From NCBI GenBank assembly GCA_964252035.1, contig OZ176204.1: DNA of 64,000 bases; one strand, 5' to 3'. The position numbers and the translations under genes were made by a program. Positions 49,369-61,779 of the stretch are shown here, piece by piece. Numbering within the stretch: position 1 is the first letter of the stretch; each line of letters begins with the position of its first letter. This stretch comes from Podarcis erhardii (taxonomy: Eukaryota). Below the pieces are notes generated by a model. It did no database searches, was not told where the DNA came from, and was given only the letters and a program-made list of their open reading frames with translations.

Positions 49369-49470
49369 AACAATGTGTGCTGGAGATGGAGACCTAGCAT
49401 CCTTGAGGGCTTGCCTGCTCTGTAGGCTCCCTGCCTGAACATCAAGCAGTGGCCATTTCATCTGCAGGTA
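49369..49470 (-). CDS. TCF7L2: TCF7L2 internal coding exon, 102 nt, phase 0/0, encoding YLQMKWPLLDVQAGSLQSRQALKDARSPSPAHIV (between the beta-catenin-binding region and the HMG box)
   Basis: Reverse strand reads long pyrimidine tract ...ccccatttttgtttcctccatccAG | TACCTGCAGATGAAATGG...GCACACATTGTT | GTAAGT. The translation matches the human TCF7L2 peptide as I recall it, and the exon is 34 whole codons. Confidence 0.97.
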
Positions 49471-50388
49471 CTGGATGGAGGAAACAAAAATGGGGAAAAA
49501 GAAAAATGAGTTCAGAAAACAAAGGCAACTTTAAAAATAAAATAAAAGCAAACACATATTAGGCAACGTGGGGAAGTAAGTGAAACTAAAATGCATGCGA
49601 CAAAAATAAAGTAAAAGCCCCACAGAAATACTTTATTGGGGTTATGTTGAACAAAAATGGAGTGTACAGACATTTCCAAGGTGTTTACTAAAAGGGGAAT
49701 AAAAGGGCAAACACAATGTTCTGTTTCATATGTCAATCGCTATGGTAAATCTGGAAAGGAAAATTATTCAGAGGACGGAAGGAATAAACAGGGCAACTCA
49801 TCGTTACCACAATTGCAGGAATAGAAATATCTGTGAATCCCGGAACAGAAAAAAGTAACTTTAAAACTGCACATTAACGTTGAAAAATCTGGCATTAAAG
49901 CTGATAAACCAAGTAGGGAATGGCTGAAAAGCTACTGCCGGAAAATATGCCTTCTAAAAGTTAAACAATTTTTTTTTGCGGGGGCAGGGGGCGGGCAAAT
50001 ACATAACATGGGTTCCCTCCCATACTCTTATTACAATCCCATTCCAGACATACAATCTCATGAGTTATGAAACAAAGCTTTTTATGTTAATTCTGAAATT
50101 ACATTTTCTACATTTCTGAAATTACACCACTGAGAGTAGGGTGGAGAAGGAGGCAGGGTGCAAACCAACCAACAGTAGCACCAGATTGACTCCACGAGTG
50201 TGTCTGCACCATGCTGCCCGCCCCACTGCCTTTCCACTCTCCCTCACAGTAAGCCGCCCGCCCGCCGGGGACCTAGCATAGTGGGCTCTGCCCAACCCAA
50301 CAAGTTGCTTTGGCCTAATGGACTACCATAGCTACTAACAGTTTATAAATAGACTAATTCACTTTAAACCACTATATTTATATAGCCT

Positions 50389-50433
50389 TTTCATATCAAA
50401 GTAATGAATGATTTCATATCAAAGAATGAATGA
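50389..50433. repeat. ~23-bp tandem duplication containing two ATCAAAG (TCF/LEF) motifs
   Basis: tttcatatcaaagtaatgaatga / tttcatatcaaag-aatgaatga. Confidence 0.9.
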
Positions 50434-50719
50434 CATAGTCATATTTGGCAGGTGGGTGTACTAGATATTTACTTACATAAATTTTGGCTTCCCACTCTTT
50501 CTGGTATCAATTATTGTGGTTTTTATGTTCCTCACATCACTCCCTCCTACCTGAAAAAACTTGGGGCTGGTACTTCCTTGAGCATGCCACACAAGCAAGT
50601 ACAACTATTTCTCAAACTACAAGTCATGGTTTAACTTTCTAAGCACACTTCCTCTGTTCCAAAGAAGGGCACACATCAGTAACTCACTGTTCAGAACATT
50701 GCTTTTTCTGATCCTGTTT

Positions 50720-50875
50720 CTGACTGGGACCAGCAAATCTCACAAGATCTGTACAATAGGGGGGCTTTCCTGGTGCCCTCATTACATATCTTTAGGTGCC
50801 AGACAAAAACATTCCTCTTCAACCAGGCCTTTAGGTATTAAACATTCTTTATCCTTTTAGATGTGGGGGTATTGC

Positions 50876-50911
<36 letters not shown>

Positions 50912-50998
50912 TATACATAATATGTTTCTGTGTTGTATATGCCTGGGGATCTTTGGATGAAGGGCAGTAAATAAATTTATTAAATAATAATAAATTCA
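50720..50998 (+). mobile_element. L2 3' end with embedded (GTT)n
   Basis: aaaacattcctcttcaaccaggccttt (KTFLF.QAF), 3'UTR and (ATA)n tail. Confidence 0.65.
50877..50911. repeat. (TTG)n microsatellite
   Basis: Directly visible. Confidence 0.95.
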
Positions 50999-52604
50999 TC
51001 ATTGTGCTCTTCCAGTCATTACATCTGTGCAAGCATCTCAGCTAGCCAGGAACCATTATCGCCCTATCATTTATGTGGGACTCTCCCTCCAGGAGCCAGT
51101 TTCGGGGAGGGTTATACAGGGAGGAAAGCCCCATTGGGCAAGCGGAAGTTCTTGTGCAGGTCTTCTGCTGATGGGGTTATGTTAGGTGAATCCTGCCCAA
51201 TGTATCCAAATACAGGAAACAGGTTTCCATAAACATCCTCAAGCAAGATCTGCAACTTTGACTCATTCCCTCCGGCTGCCCTGTCATGGTAATAAAATTG
51301 CAATCTGGGCCAGGAACCCAGGCCCTGGTAAAGTGTGTCCTTCTCTACTCCTTCATGCAAGACAACATCTATGATGGGCAGTACAGTGCTATTTTCAAAG
51401 TGTATGTTTCAATTTTTGAACCCCATTTTAAAATCCCTCCTCTGAACCATTCCATGCATTATGCACATGCCAACACCCATCCATCACAGAGCTGCAGCGT
51501 GCCAGAATCAGCTAAAGTTCTGCATCAAGAATATGAATGGTGGTAACAGTCCTACATCTGACACACATACATTCAAAGCTGATATTTTTCATTTGAAACA
51601 TCACCAATACATCCCTAAAATTGTAATGGGAAAAGGGGCTCTCATCTGCAAAGCACAACAGATAGTCTTGAAGAAGCCCCCAACCCCAACCAACCCCCCT
51701 GTGTTGGTGTTAGGCTAAAAAAACTGCCCACGAAAGAAGGGGTGGGTGGGTGGGCATGGCAAGGTGGCAAAATAAAATGAAAACAGATTAGAACAGAGAA
51801 AAGAGACAAGTGGATTCTCCAGATATTTGTATTGTCAATAGGTCAGCATCACTTATAACAATGATCATACCCACAGTGTTGTATCTGCATGCTGCTCTCT
51901 TCAAAAGACAGCCATGTCTTGAGTTCTGTTAGTCTAGCAGAGCAATTTCCTCTTTGTCCATCAGCACAAGTTATAAAAGATAGTCGGTTGGAATACATGT
52001 GTCCCCATGACGTACAAGCAACCTCTTTGCATAAGTCACTAGATTGCCCGTGAAACTGAGACTCCGTAAACAATCCTGTTCATGATGCACAAGCAGGAAT
52101 AGGGTACAGCTCACTCCCTCCAACAATAGCAGCCAAGGCTTATTCTCGTTACTGAGGTCACTAGATAGGATTCGGGATACACAGGAAGCAGGTCCTGCTG
52201 AGAAAGAATGTGCTGAATTTACCTAGTCACTTTTCAGCACAAGCTCCAGTGAGGCTTTACAACTGACCTTTACTGGGAGAACGGGGGTGGGGGGGGAGAG
52301 AGAGAACCACCTCACACACAAATACTTAGCACTAGCAGGATAATGATAGTCTGGACTCTGTTCTCCAGTTGCTAGATTTTCATATGTAGGCCTTCCTTCC
52401 TATTGGCAGCAGTCACTGCAGAAGTGGTATAGCCCAGCAACTATTACATAATGAATAACTGCTGATCATGTGTTTAAGCTCTGACAAGAATGGCTGTTAA
52501 AATCCTTGCTTAGGTTACCACAAGCATCAGGTTTAATGCTGGTTTAAGGAGTGCAAAACATTTTGTTACTACACAGAGGCTAACCTTTTGTTTAAGAACA
52601 AGTA

Positions 52605-52849
52605 CAGTGGTACCTCGGGTTACAACATACGTTTCAGGTTACAGATGCTTCAGGTTACAGACTCTGCTAACTCAGAAATAGTACCTCAGGTTAAGAACTT
52701 TGCTTCAGGATGAGAACAGAAATCGTGCGGTGGTGGTGCGGCAGCAGCGGGAGGCCCCATTAGCTAAAGTGATGCTTCGGGTTAAGGACAGTTTCAGGTT
52801 AAGAACGGATCTCCAGAACGAATTAAGTACGTAACCGGAGGTACCACTG
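52605..52849. mobile_element. Tc1/Mariner (Tigger-like) MITE
   Basis: TIR cagtggtacctc / gaggtaccactg with TA TSD. Interior homologous to the 23673 copy. Confidence 0.9.
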
Positions 52850-55800
52850 TAATTTAACAATGCTGCTCAATGCAATATATATTTATTGGGAGTCGTAGCC
52901 AAAAACTATTATCAAAAATAGAGGCCCAGTTCCCTCACTTGCAGTTTGGAGACTATCTAATCATATCAGATTCTAAACATAATTGCAGCAACCAAAAGGG
53001 ATCTCACACTCTTCCTTATACATTTTAACTGCAGTCTTTTTTTGCTAGGATTCCCCCACTCCCTCCCAAATATTAAATACCAATTAAAAAAAAACCTTTC
53101 TAAAAGGTGCCATTTTTCTTCTTTTGTAGTCAGTCTTTGGAAATAAGTAGAGAGAGTGTGCTGGTAGGGAGATGTCAGTAGGGGGACTGTGCTGGGGTGG
53201 GAATCAAATCACTGTACCAAAAGATAATTCAGATTCTGCTACAAGACTCAAACCAGATTAAATATTTAAAAATTTGATCAAATTTGGAAAAGATTTTAGC
53301 TTCTTCTGCTAAATTTATTTTGAGTTTGCTCATTGGAGGGATTATCTATGTAGCAAACTGAAGCCCACATCTCAAATCACTGGAAAACTTGCTACTGAGA
53401 TTTCACTAAGCTTTGGTTACACGCTTCCAAACTTATCTTTAAAAGCTTAAGGACCTGAAGAATGTTTCTGTTTAAGAGGAAATCCTGAAAGTCTCAAAGT
53501 GTGAAAATCTCTACCAATACTATTCTGACATTAAAAGGTGTGATCTCAAAATATGTAGAACTATGCCTTAAAAAATCAATGCGTGTTATTAGCAATAAGG
53601 ATGGTATTACTAGCAACAGATATTATGCTGATACATAAACCATGGGGTAAACGAACTCAATCAAAGACTAGAGTACTGTACAGCAATCAATGAAGTAACC
53701 TCCAAGTGAAGGTTACTATGGAACGCAAACACAAAGAAGACCTGAAAAAGCTGTCTTCATCAAAATTTAAAAAAACTATGCTGCTTGCTAAAATGATTCT
53801 CCAGCAATATTCTCCAGAAAGCCTTTTTTTTTTGTAAAGACACTATCACAGGCCCAAAAGACCCACTGAAGCTCACCTTTTTACATACCACTTCACTGCT
53901 GCTTGTATTCCCATCACGAGAAACTGTTGTACCTGCTTTGCAACCTATGTTCTTCCAAATAACACCAACACCGTATAGTCAATAGGTTTCAGCTAACAAC
54001 AAACCCAGTTCAGAGGAAAGGCTCTGTTCTCTTTCTGTGTTAGCTCTGCCCTCAGTGGAGTAATCACACAGCTAAATCTGATTGGTTATGTGAAAATATC
54101 TACTGCTTGTAAGAAGGGGACTATACTGAACATACACAAAAATGGTGTCAAAGCTGCAGCCAACAGGGACTTCAAACACACTTTCAATGGAATTGTATCA
54201 CCACCACTGCCTGAATGACAGGCACAGGGGCCACTAGTCACCTGAATGTGTGTGAGGGACCACCTTTTCTTTGCAGTATACCTACCACCTGCAGAGAGAG
54301 AGAGAGAGAGAGACCCAAAAACTTGATGAAAGGGGGTGCATTTTATGAGCGAATAAATTTGTGAATCCCTCAATCCCTACCCCCTGGTTTTAGCTCATCC
54401 CTAATAAAAAGATCCAGCTCTATTGATAAAAGAATACGTTTGTTTCGTTCAACAGCTTCAAGCTTGCCTCAAAGTCTCTCAGCCCAGGAATTGTCATGGC
54501 CATAATACAATATTAATGTGGTGGCTTATAATTCTTATTTTACATAAAAGCTTCATTGTGTGCCAAATCCAATCTCCACAGGCTACCTGAGCCCCAGATT
54601 TTTACGAGTCTACATTTCAGCGCTGCGAGTCTACAATACACATAATTTTCAATTATGTTAGGGCAGGGCAGGATCACTGCCTATATAACATTACTGGTTG
54701 GAGGAAATGAGACTCAGTCCTACTGCCGAGTGAGCTAACTCAATCCAGATGGTGAGAGAGTGAGAAAGAGAAAGCACTGCTATGGAATTATGTAGCAGCA
54801 ATCCAGCCCACAGCAACTCTTGCACAATGGAATGAACTGCCAAGTAATTGCCCCACCATCCACACACAATGCTTTAAGGTATTAGTTTGGAAACTAAAGA
54901 AGGGATGGTTCTTTTGGCAGAGGAAGGGTTACATCACAGCACTTACACAGCATATATTAGAAGGAGAATGCGTAATTGCCTTCTCGGGTTTACTATTGCA
55001 GAATTATGCAACTAATCAGAGGGGTCTCTCTCTCTCTCTTTCTCTCTTTAATAGTGTTTTGTTTGTTTTTTAGAGTTTTTTTGGGGGGGGGGGTTGTCCC
55101 ATTACTAGAGAGTGGTAAATCCTTTCCTTCCTCCTACATGAAACAGCAGGAAATGCTATTCTTTCAGACTCAAATACAAATGTGAGCCAGGAGTCCCTTC
55201 AACTTGCAAGCGTCTGCAAAAGGAGAAGGTGAAGGGAGGAGGGAGTGAGATATTTCCTTCACAGGATCCCAACTTTGTGTCTATATCATACAGTAAAGAG
55301 AGAATCCAAATACTCTGTTCTATAAAAATTGTGTAATTTCTTGTCTTTTCCAGCCTTACTTCTATTTGACAGGAAATATTATGTTCCAACAAACTGGTGT
55401 AATATTAAAAACAGGGGGGGAATGTATATAGGTTCTGATGTCCCATTTTAAAGCTGAAATATTAATATAGATATACTGGCCAGAAGTTCAATATTGATTT
55501 AAAAGGATGATCTAGCAATAGATCATTATTGCTTCTTCTGTTTTTGAGAGAGAGGAAGAGAGAACTCCAAATCTTTTAAGGCTCCTACTGTCTGTGCAAA
55601 ATATTATAATGTGTGGCTGGCTAGAATCTGTGCACAGGGGGTGGGTGAGGAGAAACACAACACACTCCTGAAAGGCTGTTAAATTGTCATCACAAGGGGG
55701 AAAGCAAACACCTCAAATGGCAAAGGATAGGGCTTTTTAAAAAGTGGAGAGGGAGGAGGAAATGTATCTTGGGTCCTGCAAGAAAGCAGATGTTATCAAC

Positions 55801-55989
55801 CATCTTATTGCTACACTGACATTTGAAATGAGGCACAGCCCAAGGCAGAAAGCTAAAGCACTTCTAGAGAAAATATCTGGTAATGGCAATACAGCTAAGT
55901 GGAGCAAAATCCTTTTCAGGGAGACTAGGAACAGCAGACTTGGGGAAAAGGGGAGGGCAAACACAAGTCCTGTTCGAAGTTGCAAACTC

Positions 55990-56280
55990 AAGCGTTTAGT
56001 CAACTAAATACTTGGAATTATCAGAAATTTGGATAATTAAGGATATAATAATGGGTTAAGCGTAGATATGGAAATGCAGAAGAATTTGGTATATATAAGG
56101 AACCAGAAGTGGAAATGAAGGGAAGACGCAAGATTTTAAGAATCTCACAAGATATAGTGTTGAAAGGATAAATGTACATATGGGGAAAGGGGGGGACTTG
56201 TTTTTGATGTTATTTGTGGAATTATTACTTATTGTTGAAAGAAGAAAATAAAATAAAATAAATTTACAAAAAAACAAAAT
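55990..56280 (+). mobile_element. Probable L1/Tx1-like 3' remnant
   Basis: Purine-rich 3'UTR-like tract ending in an aaaataaaataaaataaatttacaaaaaaac tail. Family assignment is tentative. Confidence 0.35.
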
Positions 56281-57214
56281 TGCATACTGAAAATCCTGCC
56301 ACTATGCTCTACCTCGTGACTGTCAGGAAAATTATGATACAGTATCAGAAAAACCAAGACCTAAGATATTTATAGCACCACTTTCCTTACGTCCTTACTC
56401 CTTTTGTTTTTGATGTTAAGAGGTATTTTCTTGACATAATATACTAAAAACTCACTTAGTTCAATAGATGGAAGAATCTAGTTCTAGAAGATAATATTTG
56501 CCATTGGAAAGTTTTCCCACAGCTAGGCCCAGTCTTGGGGGAACAAGACATTACCAAGGAAAAACACAAACACACTGAACACAGATTAATGAAATGTCTA
56601 TTCCACCCAATAATCTGCAGTCATCACTATATTAATCCTATGGAACAGAGATGAGAATGGAAATATAGAGCAGTTGCTAAGCTTATTCAGAGGCTCCCAA
56701 CACTATATTATAGAGATCCACCAACAAAGAATTTGTTCATTGCCACTAATCTATCTCACCACCTAACCCCGAAATCAATCGCCTTTCAATGATTTGCACT
56801 ACATTCTCCACAATGTGTACTGAATGTACAGCTAAATCATCCACTTGGAAAGCTACTGTAAACCACTGGTAGATTACCAATCCACTACCGACAGATCTAA
56901 ACATGTTTTTCTGTCATAATCCTTAAATACAACCAAGATTTTCCAAGTGAATGCAATGCATTTATTTTTTAAAGTTTAGAATGTCCGCTTCATTCACAAA
57001 AATGTGGTCAACAGATAGGTTCATAACTGGAAGAGGAACCAAAAAAATCATACAGTAGCAGATAGCGCATTCTGAAACAACAATTTAGATGCCAGATTGA
57101 ACAGCCCACTTGTTCCTGCTCTAATACTATAAATATTCTATGAAGAGTGTCTTTTATTGTGCTTAGCAGGTTCACTTGCTATGACTTTTTCTGGACTATG
57201 TCACTCTATCAACC

Positions 57215-57365
57215 ATCATTAACACTTCTGGTAAACTCATGGATCAGCTACTGTAGTTCTTTATACAGGGTGCTGCCCTTGAAGAATGATTTGAAGTTAC
57301 ATCTGACGAAGCAAGCAGCTGATCATCTACTAAGAGACAGCTTTCATGAAGAACATCTTTCAGAA
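57215..57365 (+). mobile_element. Degraded L2 RT C-terminal fragment
   Basis: ISYCSSLYRVLPLK...KL.L...AA.HLL resembles the L2 motif LDYCNALYxGLPLK..KLQLVQNAAARLL. Confidence 0.6.
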
Positions 57366-57704
57366 TCAACCATTCAGTCAGAAAGGGAACACCCCCCAAT
57401 TCCCAACAACCTATCCACAAGGATATTATGGTCAATGGTATTTATCAAAAGCTGCTGAAAGATGCAGAAGAAATAGCAGGCTCAGAATCCCCTGGCACAT
57501 TATCCAGACCAAGTCATCCATTAGGACAGCCAAGGCAATTTCTGTGCCAAACCATGCCCACACTTAGACTGAAACAGATCCAGGCAATCAGTTTCATTCA
57601 AGAGCACTAGGAGTCACACAGCGGCCGTTCATACAAACAAGCACCTTACTTGCAATCATCCAGTAGAATCACAGAGTTATGAGTTTGAGACCCACACTGA
57701 GCAA

Positions 57705-57775
57705 AAAAATGTCCTGCATTGCAGCAGGTTGGAGTAGGTGACCTTTTTGATCCATTCCAACTCTGCAGTACTGCA
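57705..57775 (+). mobile_element. CR1 3'UTR remnant
   Basis: cctgcattgcagcaggttggagtaggtgacc...ttccaactct matches the CR1 end seen in reverse at 21.7 kb. Confidence 0.6.
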
Positions 57776-57779
57776 GTCC

Positions 57780-58450
57780 TTGGACCAAAGAGGGCTTATT
57801 TAATAGTGGCCTCACAACAACTTCTTTCAAGACAGATGGGCCCACTCCTCTTGTAAGATTAATCACATCTGCTAGATGCAATAAGCACATAATGGTGAGG
57901 GTTGAATAACCACCACCAGGTCCGGGTCTTTGGGCTGAAATAACGTAAATTCATTTCATAGCCCCAATATTAGACAGTGCTCTGGGCACAACCGCGGACT
58001 AAAATGCTGAACTAGCACAGCTAAAGTCAAGGTGGATAAAAACAGCTTTCTCCCCAAACAGCTTAGCAAGCATGCTACAGCTGCCCTCTGAGAGTGGAAG
58101 TCCAGTACCAGCTGGAAAAACTCTGCTGGTGCAATGTAGTATTGTGTCTTCACTGCCATGGAGGAGGCTTCAATGAGAGCCACCTGAAGACTTCTGCTTA
58201 CTTGTATTATCGTCATCTCAAAGTCTACTTCATTGAACCTAGTTCCCCAGAAAATAAAGCAGTAGGCTGAGCTCTGCTGTGTGGGAAAGGGACCATGCCA
58301 TTGTATCCTGACTGTCCCAGCTTCACACACTACTTCATCTGCCCCTGACCTATTTCTGCTACCTCCCATTTCAATAGTAGCCTCCTACTTCACTCCAAAG
58401 GCTTCCTGGCCCTCCAGAACACCTTTTCAGGAGTTCAGGGAAGTATTATC
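57780..58450 (-). mobile_element. Degraded L2 ORF2 fragment (linker and start of RT domain)
   Basis: Minus-strand peptide INLTRGVGPSVLKEVVVRPLLNKPSL resembles the L2 RT N-terminus; upstream KTQYYIA...PAEFFQLV also fits. Confidence 0.7.
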
Positions 58451-61437
58451 AGGAGGGAAAGGGCAACAGCTTTGGCTCCAACCGAATGAGATCCAGCTTC
58501 AAATAGTAATGTGCCTGTAACACTAAAACTCCTTGAGACTGAGGTCCCTTTGCCCCTGCCCCCAATAAAATAATTGAGGGGGCTCCCCCCTCCAGTAGAC
58601 AGGCATTGCCATTCAAATGGTGTTCATGCGCCATGTTTTGTGATTGATTATGCAAGCGGGACTTACCTGTGCCCCAATATTTTATTCAAGGTGGCCTGCC
58701 TGACAACGACAACAACAAAATAACAATTTCTGAGAGAGCTCAACACTCAGATTTCACAGTCAGCAAATAACCCAATATGTAAGGAGAGTGGTCCCAACGA
58801 AGCCATATTTTCTAAGCCACTTTTAAATATGAAATGACTATGTGGTGCCACTCTCAAGGAACAGCTACACATTAGGATTATTCATTGGCATCTCTGCATG
58901 CATGTGGTATTCATCACTGGGTGCACATCTTCCCCTTATAGCAGCATGTCTACTGACCTCACAATCTCCAAGTCCTTACTAAAGCACTGGGAAACAAAGC
59001 CTACATACATTAAGTTATATGCACACATGCCCTCTAGCTGATCAGGAATCTAGAACATGGAAGGTTCCTGACTACAGGGGTACGCTTATGGGTGTACATA
59101 CATGAAATTTCCTTTCTGATGGTCTGCAGCACCCATGAAAATGTCAGGAAGGGGCTGGAGCGTGCAGTTCTGCTCCTCCCTCCCTGTGTAAACCACAAAT
59201 ATGGAAGCTAACAATAATGCTGTTAACTTGACATACTCATGTTCCAACACACTTTTATGGAGATAACATGACTATGATGGTGGTGGAGTAGTGACTGTGG
59301 TGGTGAATTGGTGGAGAGAAAAATGGTTTATTATTAACTTTCCCATCCTCCCTGTTTCTCCTTGCATTAATCCCACTACTTGTGGACCTGGGCACCTCAA
59401 ATTTCAGCAGCATCCTGTGCAATGCAAAAATCTGGCATGTGCGCCCTGCCTCTTGCCTTCCACTAGAGGTCATTGTTGTGGCGCCCCCTGCAGCACCCCA
59501 GAAGCTCTGCACTGGGTGCAAGCTCACCAGCTGCACTCCCCCAGATTTGCCTTTGATTCCTCACATAATTTTTTTTCCTGTAGCTATGCTTAATGACAGT
59601 TTTGGAGCCCAGCTAGAGTAAAACTGGTTTGGGGACATCTTTAGGTGTTTTAAAAGACTTAAAGCAACTCCTCTCATCCACTTAGTCGCCCTTGAAAATG
59701 CCCACTACAGCATCAGCCTCCATGTTTTTAATTACAATTCCTTGGACTATTATTTTCCCCATATCAATTTTGCTATCAGTAACACTAGTCTGCTTAATGA
59801 TACAGATGTACTTTTATGCTTACTTCATTTTCTTTTCTTAACTTCCAGGTACTACTACCTCTAGCATACTACTATGACAACTATAGGGGTCATTTTAAAC
59901 ATGAGTAATCCAGTTTTCTCCTAATGTTGAACATGACAAAAAAAGGAATGAATTGCTAAATATGCTCTTAAGTAAACCCATAAAATTTCAAACTGAATTT
60001 TCTGTCACGTCCTTTGTGGCTTTTCCTGTGAATGGGCCTTCACTGTAACAAGGGGTTACTTCAAAACATTTGGCTCCAAAGATTACTGCCTCTCTCTCAC
60101 CAAAAAACCCCCCAAAACCAAAAACCCAGAGACTTGCAAAATTCTCTCTTCCCTAGGGTCAGTGGGGAAATAGAAAAACAAGCAGGATGCTTTAATACAG
60201 AAAATGTCATCTCAGTAAAACAGAAAAAAAATTGAAAGTTGCTGAGCTAATATTAAAAACAGAAACATTCTGGTCTCACAGGAGAAGGTGGGAATGCTTT
60301 TAAAGTCCCAGCAGAAAACTTAAACTTTTCACTGTGCTCTCATTCTTCTGCACATTCTTTTCGTCGAAACCATTTTTGGGGGGAAGGGAGGGAAGAGGGA
60401 GGATGTGTGTGCACAGATGCCCTAGGATGATGCAAAAAGGTCAACTGTCCTCTTGGTTAATTTTGTCAGTTGTGAAACAAAATTTTCAGGGTGGGGGATT
60501 TATGTCAGGCTGACCTTCGGAAGAGACCAGCTACTCCCCTGAACAATAATAATAATAAAAAAATCTTGCTGCCTCAGCCAGAAACCTTCTGCCACTCAAG
60601 TATCATCTTGCTGTAACAAATTACTCCTAACCCAGGATTACAGCTCTCTCCAAATCCCTCCTAGAGAGCAGAGAAATAAACATTCCCTCCCAGGATTCAA
60701 GACCAGTTGTTTCCCCTATCAATAATCCTTTTCTCTATTTGCTTCTTCTACAGCATTAGCCTGGGAGGCCAGCAAAACCACTTGCACCCATTTTCCTTTC
60801 AACCCATAAGCTTGAATGTCTCAATTGTCCATTAGAAAAGTAAAAGATGCAAGGCCGAAATCCTCACACAATGGTTAACTATCTCCACACACTTGTGATT
60901 TGATAGGACACTACAAATGTCTAATCCAAGTCACTCAGCGCAGGCCCACAGCCTCCCTACCAGCCCAAATTATTTCACGAAATGTTCAGATGTGAAGGAA
61001 CAAACCATTCAAAGTGAACCCCGGGGTGGGGGGGATTAAAAGAATTGTGGAAATGATGTTTGGGAAAACAAACCCTTTGGGTTTGCTGGAGAAATATAGG
61101 CTATCCCCTCAAAAGGTCAGCATTTCAATCAACACACTTTTTAATATAGTTTGAGCAATAGGCAGGAAAGGAGGAACCTCTTTTTGTATAGGAAACGGTG
61201 AAAGTTGTTGCTTTTCTTCCTCTACCTAAGTGAATTTCTATAGAAATTCTAAAAACCAGAAAGAATTTTTATATTGGCACACTGCTTGTTCTTGACAGAG
61301 GATTGACTCCAACTAAGTTAGAGCAAACTCACTGAAATTATTGGATGTAATAAATTAAGAGTGCAAGAGTGAGGCCACATCTTCCAGGCTGAGTGATATA
61401 GGATGTAGCAGATCTTGGGCTTTATTTGGCTGAGGTA

Positions 61438-61751
61438 AAGTAAAGGTAAAAGGACCCCTGACCATTAGGTCCAGTCGTGACCGACTCTGGGGTTGCGGCG
61501 CTCATCTCGCTTTATTGGCCAAAGGAGCTGACATACAGCTTCTGGGTCACATGGCCAGCATGACTAAGCCGCTTCTGGTGAACCAGAGCAGTGCACGGAA
61601 ACGCTGTTTGCGAACGTGTTTTCGAACTGCTAGGTTGGCAGGAGCAGGGACTGAGCAACGGGAGCTCACCCCGTCGGGGATTCGAACCGCCGACCTTTTG
61701 ATCGGCAAGGCCTAGGCTCTGTGGTTTAACCCACAGCGCCACCCGTGTCCC
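61438..61751 (-). mobile_element. Sauria SINE with an internal deletion
   Basis: Reverse complement homologous to the 34.2-kb copy. (ACCTTT)-type tail at 61438 and TSD TTGGCTGAGGTA (61426-61437 / 61752-61763). Lacks the central gtagataaataggtacc segment. Confidence 0.95.
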
Positions 61752-61779
61752 TTGGCTGAGGTACTTTGGTTTAAATCCC

